Virus record (IMG/VR): IMGVR_UViG_3300030503_000465 | Direction: 5' to 3' (one strand) | Source: a virus | Length of the DNA: 53,436 bases | In this document: in pieces, positions 8,271-17,050 of the stretch | Layout: every line of letters begins with the position of its first letter | How positions within the stretch are numbered: the stretch's first letter is position 1 | Position numbers and translations under genes: made by a program | Notes under the pieces: model-generated | What the model saw: the letters and a program-made list of their open reading frames with translations, nothing else | Database searches by the model: none | What the model was told of the DNA's origin: nothing

Positions 8271-9143
8271 TTAGTACGAATTTACGTTGCCCCCCTTAAT
8301 TTGCCCATACCTAATTTTAAATCCCTGGTTAGGCATCCTCAAAACCAATCCGGGGGTTACTTTACCGTCTCCCGCATCTTTTAACCAGTTTATGGCTTCG
8401 ATATAAGCGTCATGCCTTAATGCTGGTATATTCATGGGGCTGATGCGACGGTGAGCATAGTACAAAACAATATCACAAATAACATTTACCATTTCCTGTG
8501 ATCGGCTGTCGCCTTGTGTCCAGTATGTTATATTTGTGATCGGCGTATTTGCAGGTATGCTATAAGCAACCCCCCCATCCCATTGCGTATACCCCGGCGT
8601 CCCTGGCGCATAGTTTATCGGCGGGTATGGCAATCCGATTTGCAGTAAATACGTTTGGCTATATGTAGCAGACGATTGCAATGCGGTATATACCAAACTA
8701 TTATAAAATACCGTATCGCCAATATTGTAAAATGTGTTGATATTATATGGTAATGCGGGGTATGAGCCGTAATAAATTGTGTATTGAGGTGCTATTAATG
8801 ACCAGTTGGCGGGATTGAAAGCTATTGCGGTTGAACTATTGGTAGCTACGTAAAAACTGCCGCTATAAACAGTGAATTGCCCGGTTGTGTAACTTGCAGT
8901 ATCATCATAAACAGGTGCATCTAAATAAACCCTGCTTCCTGCCTGATAAGCTGCACCGTAATTCCATGAGTTTGTATCGGTAAACTCCGCTTCGGTGTTA
9001 TATTTTTGAGTTAGGTAACTTATGGCTTTGCTCTGCGCTGTTAATAGCCATGTGTTGATAATCTCATAGTTTGAGCCAATGACCTGCTGAAGGTTCAATG
9101 TTTGTATACGCGGCAAAAAATCGTTTTGGATTAGGTATGGCAT
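8271..9143 (-). CDS. DUF1320 (Mu gp36-like) head-tail adaptor carrying an internal aromatic-rich insert.
   Basis: The N-terminus (MPYLIQNDF...AISYLTQKYN) and C-terminus (YIEAINWLKDAGDGKV) fit DUF1320. The middle ~150 aa holds Y-x-x-G-x-x-V-x-Y repeats. Confidence 0.55.
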   Translation of the reverse strand: MPYLIQNDFLPRIQTLNLQQVIGSNYEIINTWLLTAQSKAISYLTQKYNTEAEFTDTNSWNYGAAYQAGSRVYLDAPVYDDTASYTTGQFTVYSGSFYVATNSSTAIAFNPANWSLIAPQYTIYYGSYPALPYNINTFYNIGDTVFYNSLVYTALQSSATYSQTYLLQIGLPYPPINYAPGTPGYTQWDGGVAYSIPANTPITNITYWTQGDSRSQEMVNVICDIVLYYAHRRISPMNIPALRHDAYIEAINWLKDAGDGKVTPGLVLRMPNQGFKIRYGQIKGGNVNSY

Positions 9144-9328
9144 AATTTAAATCCGTAAAGTTTATTGTCCTTTATTTCAACAAAAAAATAGTCATTATCT
9201 ACTCTCCTACCATCTTTCAACTCAATAATAACCCATGATTCACAATCCCACGAACCAGTTGATGATATACCTGCTAACTCAGATATATCACAAATAAATT
9301 CTTCTTTGGTTTCTACTATTGTCGCCAT
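9131..9328 (-). CDS. Hypothetical protein, 65 aa.
   Basis: ORF preceded by a -7 box. Confidence 0.5.
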   Translation of the reverse strand: MATIVETKEEFICDISELAGISSTGSWDCESWVIIELKDGRRVDNDYFFVEIKDNKLYGFKLCHT

Positions 9329-9344
9329 ACCATAACATTTTTAT

Positions 9345-9352
9345 CCAAATAT
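9345..9352 (-). promoter_or_regulatory. -7 box TATATTTG on the minus strand, upstream of ATG 9328.
   Basis: Exact TAnnTTTG match, in the gap after terL. Confidence 0.4.
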
Positions 9353-9384
9353 AAAATTAATATCCGTCAATAACGCAACTTATT

Positions 9385-10866
9385 TTAATATGTATGCTTG
9401 TGGACCGCCTTACCAGTTCTTATTTCTATCTTTTTACCACCCTTTAAGTACTGATTATATTCATCTGAAAAGGCATTCACCATAAAATAACGCTTAGCAT
9501 CGCTTGGATGCCCGAACTCTTCGTAACTAACTTTAGTAACTGGATGTGTTTTTTTTGTTTTCTTTAAAGTACCGTCGCTATCTTCTAAAGCATATTGATA
9601 ATCATATAATGATTTTTTACAGTTCGTGCCGATCCAAATATTTATAACTTCATTTCGCCCTGCATAAATTTCATTTATAAACCCTGCTGATTGGATTATT
9701 GATGGATTAGAACTTTGAATTCTTAGTGTCGGATGGTAGTCTGATAAATATTGCAGTACTTTGGTAAAAAAGTTTTCGCCTTTTTCGAGTTTTGTATCTT
9801 CCTTAATTGACGTTCTATCCCCATATACGAATAATCCCTGCACCCTATCGACCGGAAACCTATCTTTAAACTCCTTACAAGCGTCATAAACCCGGTTTCG
9901 TGGGTCTTCTAAACAAATCTCATCAATTTGGTATGCTTTTTTATCTTTTATTTGCCAAACCAATAATGTTATATAGGGGTTTACATTTTCATCTAATGTA
10001 ATATGAACAGGCAGAGAATCATTCCATTTCAAGACAGCGCTATTTCTGGAACTATTAAAATGTTTCCAAAATTCACCGCCCGTTCGTAGTTTTCCCCATT
10101 CACCAAGTCCATAAATTCTATAGTAATTAGGGTCTTCAATCTCATCCTTTTTAAAATCGTCAATTACGTGCTGGTCTATAAAATTAGGGCCTACTATGTA
10201 TTTATTATCGAGATAGTTGGTTTTTAGTATTACTAAATTACCTTGCTCGTTTACCCATAAATCAGAAATAGGTATATTACACTTAGCGTCTTCGTGATAT
10301 GCATCGGATTTTATTTCAATTAAGTGCTCTTTATCAAAAACATTAACCTTAATCCAATGGTCTTCGCTAACAGGATTAAATATGCCTATTATCTGCTGCC
10401 CAGATTTTCCACGCAACCTTTTGCGTATCTGTTTTAAATCAACCTCATCAAACTGGCTTATCTCCTCTAAAACAACTTTTCTAAAGTTTGATATACCTTT
10501 TATCTTCTCGGGGTCATCAAGCCCTCTAAAGCGTATATATGAGCCTGTAGCTATACATTCAATATAATTCTGTTGGATAATAAACTCATCATTTAAATCC
10601 CAATTGGCAATTACTTTTTTAAAATCTGAATAAATAGAATCTTTAATGTCGACAGCATACTTTCGGAGTATTAGCGTGTTTTCGTCTTCCAATTCCATCA
10701 TTCTTGTTATGGTTAATTGAACAACGGAATAAGTTTTGGACGCTGACGAACCGCCGAATAACCAAATGTATCTTATTAGAATATTACAAAACGCATCTTT
10801 TAAATGCCAATAAACGTTATTAAATAAATCTGGATTAAAGTCAAACTCAATCTCTTTTATTTCCAT
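9385..10866 (-). CDS. terL: Terminase large subunit.
   Basis: 493 aa. The N-terminus has a Walker-A-like FGGSSASKT. The size and the overlap with terS are typical of PBSX-type TerL. Confidence 0.85.
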   Translation of the reverse strand: MEIKEIEFDFNPDLFNNVYWHLKDAFCNILIRYIWLFGGSSASKTYSVVQLTITRMMELEDENTLILRKYAVDIKDSIYSDFKKVIANWDLNDEFIIQQNYIECIATGSYIRFRGLDDPEKIKGISNFRKVVLEEISQFDEVDLKQIRKRLRGKSGQQIIGIFNPVSEDHWIKVNVFDKEHLIEIKSDAYHEDAKCNIPISDLWVNEQGNLVILKTNYLDNKYIVGPNFIDQHVIDDFKKDEIEDPNYYRIYGLGEWGKLRTGGEFWKHFNSSRNSAVLKWNDSLPVHITLDENVNPYITLLVWQIKDKKAYQIDEICLEDPRNRVYDACKEFKDRFPVDRVQGLFVYGDRTSIKEDTKLEKGENFFTKVLQYLSDYHPTLRIQSSNPSIIQSAGFINEIYAGRNEVINIWIGTNCKKSLYDYQYALEDSDGTLKKTKKTHPVTKVSYEEFGHPSDAKRYFMVNAFSDEYNQYLKGGKKIEIRTGKAVHKHTY

Positions 10867-11317
10867 AACCTATTTTGTAGGTGGTTTTGACTTCGGATTT
10901 AACCTCGGACTTATCAGCCAATCCCAAATCTCTGGCTATGATATTGGGGTTAAGTAAGTCTGCCGCTGCGCCAGTAAATTTTTGATTATAAATAGTACGT
11001 TCTATTCTTTCAATTACCTGGACGTATATTTCTTTATCTATCCTTTCTTGTGATTTAAATGCCCTGAAATAATTTGGTGAGCAATCTAAAAATAAACAAA
11101 GTCCATCCAGTGTATATGCTCTCATTTTAGGTAATGTTGCTAACGATATATCACCCTGAAATGCAAATGCCTTGCTTTCGTATAGCGGATTTTCGTCGCA
11201 CCATGTAAAATACTCGCAAGCGGCATCCCAAAGTAATTCAGGTGTTTCGAATAACTTTTCACGGCCATTTGTGGAACGAGCCTTCCAAAATTGATTACCT
11301 GTTTTAAAACTGCTCAT
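10847..11317 (-). CDS. terS: Terminase small subunit.
   Basis: ETPELLWDAACEYFTWCDENP...YTLDGLCLFLD is typical of the small-subunit / DNA-packaging family. The gene overlaps terL. Confidence 0.7.
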   Translation of the reverse strand: MSSFKTGNQFWKARSTNGREKLFETPELLWDAACEYFTWCDENPLYESKAFAFQGDISLATLPKMRAYTLDGLCLFLDCSPNYFRAFKSQERIDKEIYVQVIERIERTIYNQKFTGAAADLLNPNIIARDLGLADKSEVKSEVKTTYKIGYGNKRD

Positions 11318-11398
11318 TAGATAGTAATAAAATCGTGTTTTTCGTTCAAACTTACCAATTATTTTTTACCAATTATGCAAATGGGGATGAAAAAGTTT

Positions 11399-11575
11399 TT
11401 AAAAGGGTAATTCAAACTCATCACAACAATAATCATAGTCAACAATAAAATTACTCAACTTGCACCTGTACTGATAATCAATACCAATTATTAATGGTGC
11501 ATCTTCATCTATTGTAGTAAGGTATTCAATCCTACTATACTGGCAGGATTGGCAATTATCCGTTGTTTCGCTCAT
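11399..11575 (-). CDS. Small Cys-rich hypothetical protein, 58 aa.
   Basis: ATGA overlap with the upstream gene. Contains CQSC...C...CC. Confidence 0.4.
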   Translation of the reverse strand: MSETTDNCQSCQYSRIEYLTTIDEDAPLIIGIDYQYRCKLSNFIVDYDYCCDEFELPF

Positions 11576-12294
11576 GGCCTCTCCATTACCGGTTTAAAAA
11601 ACTTATTACCTGCAAATATAGGGTAATCTTCGGGTTTGCAATAATAGTCGAAAGCGGTTTGTTTGTATGGGTTGCTTTCCATATAACGCTGCGTGATCTT
11701 TATCGAGGCATCCAAAGAAATACTAAACATTACCCAATATCCCTGCTCTCGCAAAGCGGCATGGTATAATGACTGCCAAATATTATGGTTTTCGCTCCCT
11801 GGCTTTAATATTTTTGTGTCTTTATAAAAAATATCATCACTTGTTTTTTGCTCAATATATAAACCTATAAACCCACTTCTCGCGGACTGTACTAATATAT
11901 CAGGGTTTCCACTTTGGAAAGCGTGTGCCTTATGAATTACGCCACCTAAGCGACTACGTTTCTGCGCCACCTTATCGATAGTGTACGGTATTTGAGGATA
12001 TTGTAGTTTAAACCATTTCGCCCATGCGTTCACAATGTTATCTTCTTTGAAACGGTTGGCACGTTTGGCTTTATCCTGGGCATCGGTTAATACGGGTGCT
12101 TTATAACTGCCCTTAACACCCATTATTTTTAGTTGATCCGCCGGTGATAGTTGTTGAAATTCTGCTGGTGTCATATCATAGTTTGTTTTAAAAAAGTTTT
12201 CTGTTGATGTGTCATTAATTAATAACTCCCTTTGCGCTACATAAAGGTCGATGTTGAATGGGGGTTTGGTGAATAAGTCGGGCATAATTGACAA
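11572..12294 (-). CDS. PD-(D/E)xK nuclease (VRR-NUC-like).
   Basis: The motif GNPDILVQ...GLYIEQK reads as D...E-x-K. Confidence 0.5.
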   Translation of the reverse strand: MSIMPDLFTKPPFNIDLYVAQRELLINDTSTENFFKTNYDMTPAEFQQLSPADQLKIMGVKGSYKAPVLTDAQDKAKRANRFKEDNIVNAWAKWFKLQYPQIPYTIDKVAQKRSRLGGVIHKAHAFQSGNPDILVQSARSGFIGLYIEQKTSDDIFYKDTKILKPGSENHNIWQSLYHAALREQGYWVMFSISLDASIKITQRYMESNPYKQTAFDYYCKPEDYPIFAGNKFFKPVMERP

Positions 12295-12575
12295 ACTTTA
12301 GGGCTAAACTTACAAACTTTGTCAATTTACTTACAAACTTTTGACAAACTTTGATATTGTAAATGTTTGATACTTTGATATTTAACTGTTTTTTTACAAT
12401 GTTTACAAACTTTTTACGTCTTTTCGTGTGAAAATGCTTTTTGCTATATTATAAGTCTTAAAGTTTGTAAAGTTTGTAAATTACTTTTTAAGTGCTTGAT
12501 AATCATATGTTTAAGTGTTTAAAGTTTGTAAGTAAGTTTGTAAATATTTGTAAGTTTTTGTTAAACTTTGTCAGG
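12291..12575. repeat. Iteron array: five forward ACAAACTT copies, then an AT-rich spacer, then four to five inverted AAGTTTGT copies. Candidate replication origin or operator cluster.
   Basis: Forward copies at 12291, 12312, 12333, 12344 and 12405. Inverted copies at 12461, 12470, 12522 and 12534. Variants at about 12545 and 12564. Confidence 0.6.
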
Positions 12576-14015
12576 ATTAAATTTAATAAACCGGTAATAT
12601 CTATGTGAACCATCGCTATAATCAGTAGTTGAATAACCATAATGTTGAGCGTATGAAGTAACCCACTTTGTAAATAAATGCTTACTAAAAAACTTTGATG
12701 GTATTATATATTCATCATATTGATCCATAAACTGCCTTATTAGTTCCGACTTTATAAAATCTCCAAAATTAAAATTTATATCACGCATAAATTTTATAAA
12801 ATCTGAATTTGTGGCAGATAATAAACGTTTTTCAGGTAGGTTAATTAGTTCTTGTTTTATTAAACCTTTTTGTAAAAATAATTGACAGCAATTTTTAACA
12901 ATATAATTATCGAACTGCAACCAATCGTCTTTAGTCCAATCATCAAAAAGCATACGACCAAACTCTTGCTCTGGAGATTTTTGTTTATTGTAGTGTTGTG
13001 ATATTTCTATTTCAAATCTTCTTCGCTCATGTGAATTACCAGAGCCCCTTAGAGCATAGTTTGTTGTTAATCCAACTTTTGGCGCATCTACAAAAGGTAT
13101 AAATTGCTGATCCTTGCCTTTCTTTTCAGTAACAACCCCTTCTGTTAAAAAACTAAATAATCGTTCAAAATCAAAGTTTTTATTTACATCCTGGAATATA
13201 ACAAAACGAGTTTCTGGTGTAATTCGCTGATATAAAAAATTACTATCAAAGCTGAAAGTTTTGCCATCAATATTTAAAACGTTTATAAAATAAGATACTG
13301 CTTTAAATACAATTCCTTTGCCAGTTCCACCTTCTGGTAAATCTGAAATAACCTCATCATTTAAGACAACAGCGGGGCAGTAAGATGAGTGTTTGTAATT
13401 GTGTAGTATAAAACCTAATGAACTATTTATAACAGCAATACGCTTGCTTTCTTTGCCTATATTTAATATAAATAATTCAAAGTCAAAAAGCGGGTTTATT
13501 TCTTCTATATAAAATTCACGTTGGATAATTTGACTTTCCCAAATAAAGCCATCAAGTTCAGAATATTCGTGAGTTGTTATACTTGTTGAAGTTATTTTAA
13601 CTATGCAGTTTCTGTAATAAAGCTGCATGGCGTTTTTAATATCCTTTTTAAATATTACATCTTTAGCGGGTAATGTTTGCAGAAAATCGTCTGATAATGC
13701 TTTACCAATATTCTTTAAAAAGAATTGGTGCATATATTTTCTTAGTGTTGCCTCTTCATCGTTGGTGATGAAGTTTATAAGTTCATCAGACAAATCTTTC
13801 TTACCAACCTGTTTGACTATGTTATCAATTATACGTATCAATATCCATCGTTCAACATTAATACGATATAGGAAATAACCTCTTTCAACAAAAAATTCAG
13901 ACAGGCTTATGTAATCAATCTCCCATTTACCAGTTGTTGGATTAGGCGCAGCTAATGTAAAATGGCTATACTCCTTATCAGAGGCGATATGAGCAATTGA
14001 AAGATTTTTACTCAT
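12561..14015 (-). CDS. P-loop NTPase, putative replication initiator or SF3-type helicase.
   Basis: 484 aa with the Walker-A-like LPEGGTGKGIVFKA, adjacent to the iteron array. Confidence 0.45.
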   Translation of the reverse strand: MSKNLSIAHIASDKEYSHFTLAAPNPTTGKWEIDYISLSEFFVERGYFLYRINVERWILIRIIDNIVKQVGKKDLSDELINFITNDEEATLRKYMHQFFLKNIGKALSDDFLQTLPAKDVIFKKDIKNAMQLYYRNCIVKITSTSITTHEYSELDGFIWESQIIQREFYIEEINPLFDFELFILNIGKESKRIAVINSSLGFILHNYKHSSYCPAVVLNDEVISDLPEGGTGKGIVFKAVSYFINVLNIDGKTFSFDSNFLYQRITPETRFVIFQDVNKNFDFERLFSFLTEGVVTEKKGKDQQFIPFVDAPKVGLTTNYALRGSGNSHERRRFEIEISQHYNKQKSPEQEFGRMLFDDWTKDDWLQFDNYIVKNCCQLFLQKGLIKQELINLPEKRLLSATNSDFIKFMRDINFNFGDFIKSELIRQFMDQYDEYIIPSKFFSKHLFTKWVTSYAQHYGYSTTDYSDGSHRYYRFIKFNPDKV

Positions 14016-14812
14016 ATAAATTCTGAAAATAAATAAAAATTACGTCCTGATCTTTTGAATATCTCTTTTACCTGCTCAAGCGTTGCCCCAGTTGCTGTGA
14101 ATTGATCCGCTATTAAAAAATTAGCTCCATTGCTTTGCATCTGTCTTAAAATAGCAGGATAATCATCGCCAACGCACGGCTTAACCTCTATCTTAAGGTC
14201 GTAAAGTCCGCTATGTTTATCGTCCTCGACTTGGAACCAAACATCTATTGATTTTGTCTCAAAAATAGCTGGTTTAAAATGATATTTAATATTTTCATAC
14301 CAAAATTCAAAAGTAATATACTCGTAATGAATAGATGGTTTTTCTATTGTTTCCCTGTAAAGCTTTAGCTTTAAATTTTTTAATTCATCAATAGTCGGCA
14401 TTCTTATTAATTTTATTGGTTCTGGTTCACTTAGCATTTTTAAATTAGGTATAAAAACCTTATATCCAGATGTGTAATATTGATCCGTGTTAAACATCCT
14501 TAAACAATAATCATATTCTATTCGAGGTTTTTTTACTACTATAAAATGATTAATTTTTTTCAGTTTGCAATGAAAATAAAATAACTTTTTACATAATTCA
14601 TCTTCCAAAAATAAATTACATAATTTATTATGTTCTGGTGTCTCGCTCGGCTCATTAAAGTTATTAATTATAACCGTATTAAATTGAGAATACTTTTGTT
14701 TAAACCAATCCTGCGTCTGCAACCAATCTAAGTATTGTTTATCTTGTTGTAAAACTTCTACAGGCTTTCCTTGTTTTTTACCGAAAGGGATGATATTATT
14801 ATTTGGCTCCAT
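14012..14812 (-). CDS. Hypothetical protein with a DUF3820-like N-terminus and a possible PD-(D/E)xK C-terminus.
   Basis: The N-terminal PFGKKQGKPVEVL...YLDWL motif and the C-terminal YDLKIEVKPCVGDDYPAILRQM. Confidence 0.35.
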   Translation of the reverse strand: MEPNNNIIPFGKKQGKPVEVLQQDKQYLDWLQTQDWFKQKYSQFNTVIINNFNEPSETPEHNKLCNLFLEDELCKKLFYFHCKLKKINHFIVVKKPRIEYDYCLRMFNTDQYYTSGYKVFIPNLKMLSEPEPIKLIRMPTIDELKNLKLKLYRETIEKPSIHYEYITFEFWYENIKYHFKPAIFETKSIDVWFQVEDDKHSGLYDLKIEVKPCVGDDYPAILRQMQSNGANFLIADQFTATGATLEQVKEIFKRSGRNFYLFSEFI

Positions 14813-14820
14813 TTTAGATA

Positions 14821-14857
14821 AAAAAGCCGGGAACGTGTAGTGAGTTTACGCCCCGGC
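14821..14857 (-). terminator. Intrinsic terminator on the minus strand.
   Basis: GCCGGG/CCCGGC stem followed by TTTTT on the minus strand. Confidence 0.6.
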
Positions 14858-14881
14858 AATTTATAAGTTGCTAATAAATTA

Positions 14882-14919
14882 GCACGTTTCTTACACTCAC
14901 TACTTTGCAAAAAACGTGC
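14882..14919 (-). terminator. Second hairpin, possibly a tandem terminator.
   Basis: GCACGTTT/AAACGTGC stem followed by T-rich sequence on the minus strand. Confidence 0.35.
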
Positions 14920-14953
14920 CTTAAAAATACTATGACAATATAGTAAAAAATAC

Positions 14954-15340
14954 TCATAATGTTAAATTTTCCTGCCTTTTTATTTCGGCTAATTCCTTTT
15001 TAAGATATTGAACCTCGGCACACAGAGAGCGGTTTCTTAACTTTAATTCATTATTTGCGCAAGATAAATGGTTAAACGTTTCTCCAATTTCCATAAGATC
15101 AAGTAATTTTTCCCTACTATCTTTTGCTCCGGCAGATAATCCATTTTTTTTTACAAAATCAACATTTTTCATTAATAATTCTGATATTATAAATGTAAAA
15201 TCAGTAATTCTAACAGATGGCCTAAGTGTATCTGTTAACTCATTTGTAAGATATAAATTATCAAGTTCTAAATCTGATATTCTACCTTTTAAGCCATTAG
15301 CCCAGCCAGCGGTCGATGTTTTAGTATTATCAAAAAGCAT
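14954..15340 (-). CDS. Hypothetical coiled-coil protein, 128 aa.
   Basis: ORF 1 nt downstream of the helicase fragment. Confidence 0.55.
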   Translation of the reverse strand: MLFDNTKTSTAGWANGLKGRISDLELDNLYLTNELTDTLRPSVRITDFTFIISELLMKNVDFVKKNGLSAGAKDSREKLLDLMEIGETFNHLSCANNELKLRNRSLCAEVQYLKKELAEIKRQENLTL

Positions 15341-15341
15341 A

Positions 15342-15590
15342 TTATCTATTCATTATTATTTTTAAACCTTTTGGAGTTCTTACACGGGATAAGGCGGTAT
15401 AAAGTTGACCTGGAGAAAAGAAAGGCAAGGTCATATCAATAGTAATTTCATCAAAAGTTAATCCTTGCGCTTTATGTATTGATAGGGCGTAAGCCAATTT
15501 AATAGGTAATTGAGTAATACTTCCAATCTCTTGCAACTCAAGTTTATCAACTACTACTTTTTTGCCATCTCTTAGCTTTACATCCGAAAC
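15342..15590 (-). CDS. C-terminal fragment of a PIF1/RecD-like helicase, in a frame +1 relative to the N-terminal part.
   Basis: LSIHKAQGLTFDEITID...LYTALSRVR is the helicase motif V/VI region. This frame is open from 15590. Confidence 0.7.
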   Translation of the reverse strand, partial: VSDVKLRDGKKVVVDKLELQEIGSITQLPIKLAYALSIHKAQGLTFDEITIDMTLPFFSPGQLYTALSRVRTPKGLKIIMNR

Positions 15591-16569
15591 TTAAAACATA
15601 CTCTTTTTTTGTGTTAGTAATAGTTTCTAATGGATATAAAACTTCATTAACCTCAATAAAATAACAATTATCTCCTTTACTATTTGGTTTATAATGAAAT
15701 ATGCCTATCGTTCCATTTACAAGAGGATTATCTTTAGAATTGGAAAGATACATTATTTTAGATCCGTGCTTTACCCGGATGGTACTTTCCATATTAAAAT
15801 CTTCGGCCTTTAAATTTCCATCGACAATGGCTTCAAATAAATGCTCTTGTGCATTAATGCTTTTTAAACCAGCCTCGTTATATTTTTGAACAGTAGAGTT
15901 ATGAGGTGCTAAAACAATACCGTGATAATCCTTACTTAAAAATTGTCTAAAATATTCAGACTTGCCGCCATCTCTTACTATATTTAAATGGTGCAAAAAT
16001 TCCTCATCGTCTTGCCTTTTTACTTCGTCTAATTCAATATCAACACATTTTAGAGAATTATAGCAAAGAGCATTATAAAACTCAACGCCATTATATTTTT
16101 GATAAAGCACACTCATAGTATTATCATTAATAACAGGAGGCAATTGCTTTAGATCGCCAATAAATACGATTTGTAATTGGCTTAATGACTTACAACCATT
16201 TTTTAAAAGCGTCCAATTAATACCATCTAAAATATCGGGCCGCATCATAGAAACCTCATCTATAAAAATGGTATCAATAGCGTTTATTAATTTACGCTTT
16301 TCTGCCTTTAAAAAATTACACGCTTCATAATCTAAAACTCCGAAAGGTGGAAGCGAAAAAAACGAGTGGATTGTTTGTCCGTTAATATTATTTGCAGCAA
16401 CTCCAGTAGGTGCTAAGGCAATTATCTTTCTTCCTTGTTGCTTTAGCAGTTCAATCGCTTCTTTAGTAATAAAACTTTTACCTGTTCCAGCCTTACCACT
16501 TAATGCGATATTTTTACCTGAAATTATCAGGTCAATAAACTTTTTTTGTTTTAATGTAAATTCAGGCAT
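15547..16569 (-). CDS. N-terminal part of a PIF1/RecD-like SF1 helicase.
   Basis: Walker A ALSGKAGTGKSF and Walker B IFIDEVSM. The likely ATG is at 16569 (MPEFTLKQKKF); the ORF-track extension runs into a terminator hairpin. Confidence 0.75.
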   Translation of the reverse strand: MPEFTLKQKKFIDLIISGKNIALSGKAGTGKSFITKEAIELLKQQGRKIIALAPTGVAANNINGQTIHSFFSLPPFGVLDYEACNFLKAEKRKLINAIDTIFIDEVSMMRPDILDGINWTLLKNGCKSLSQLQIVFIGDLKQLPPVINDNTMSVLYQKYNGVEFYNALCYNSLKCVDIELDEVKRQDDEEFLHHLNIVRDGGKSEYFRQFLSKDYHGIVLAPHNSTVQKYNEAGLKSINAQEHLFEAIVDGNLKAEDFNMESTIRVKHGSKIMYLSNSKDNPLVNGTIGIFHYKPNSKGDNCYFIEVNEVLYPLETITNTKKEYVLSFGCKAKRWQKSSS

Positions 16570-16580
16570 AATTGTAAAAT

Positions 16581-16632
16581 AAAAAACCTGTTCCGGGATC
16601 ACGCTCCGGCCAGAACGATCACCCAAAACAGG
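16581..16632 (-). terminator. Intrinsic terminator on the minus strand.
   Basis: CCTGTT...AACAGG outer stem enclosing GC-rich sequence, then TTTTTT. Confidence 0.6.
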
Positions 16633-16649
16633 CTATAAATGTTTTTATT

Positions 16650-16673
16650 AGCTAATGGCCGTTAGCTTTTTTT
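16650..16673 (+). terminator. Plus-oriented hairpin with a T-run, facing the minus-strand terminator.
   Basis: AGCTAA-TGGCCG-TTAGCT followed by T7. Confidence 0.4.
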
Positions 16674-16716
16674 CAATCCCCTAATATACCAAAATCCATT
16701 CACTTTAACAAATCAT

Positions 16717-16884
16717 TCACGCCGCTACCTTTCGCCTAACCAAATCGCGCTGCGCTATTCTCGCCCTGGTCTTACGCCATTCACGGCTATTTGGGATGCA
16801 GTTCTCCAATATCACAAAATCCCTAAACTCCCTGTATCCCCCGTTCTCGTTAATAAGAACGTTTATTTTTGCTTGTAATGTCAT
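16717..16884 (-). CDS. Hypothetical protein, 55 aa.
   Basis: ATG at 16884. Overlaps the preceding ORF by 35 nt. Confidence 0.4.
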   Translation of the reverse strand: MTLQAKINVLINENGGYREFRDFVILENCIPNSREWRKTRARIAQRDLVRRKVAA

Positions 16885-17038
16885 TGACAAATTTCGTGAA
16901 AGTTTCAATATTGGAATTTGTGATCCCTAATTCGTAACGGAGCCGATGTGAACAAAAAGAGCAACCCTCTTTGCCACAATATTGCTCTTTTATGAATAAC
17001 ATGGCATTTCGCTGCTCTTTTGTGATTTCTGCTGTCAT
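16850..17038 (-). CDS. Hypothetical Cys-containing protein, 62 aa.
   Basis: ORF with C-x6-C-x2-C. Confidence 0.45.
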   Translation of the reverse strand: MTAEITKEQRNAMLFIKEQYCGKEGCSFCSHRLRYELGITNSNIETFTKFVNDITSKNKRSY

Positions 17039-17050
17039 AATGATGGGGAG

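Noticed and set aside
12847-12855. An extra TAGTTCTTG copy on the plus strand inside the replication gene.
   Set aside because: No TAnnTTTG box lies at the expected 19-20 nt spacing. It is most likely a coincidental coding sequence.
16570-16626. The 19-codon N-terminal extension of the helicase ORF (MGDRSGRSVIPEQVFYFTI).
   Set aside because: It is encoded by the terminator hairpin sequence. The ATG at 16569 directly precedes conserved helicase sequence.
16717-17038. ORFs 16850..17038 and 16717..16884 as one frameshifted gene.
   Set aside because: They overlap by 35 nt in different frames, but neither half carries a recognisable domain that continues into the other. I left them as two small genes.
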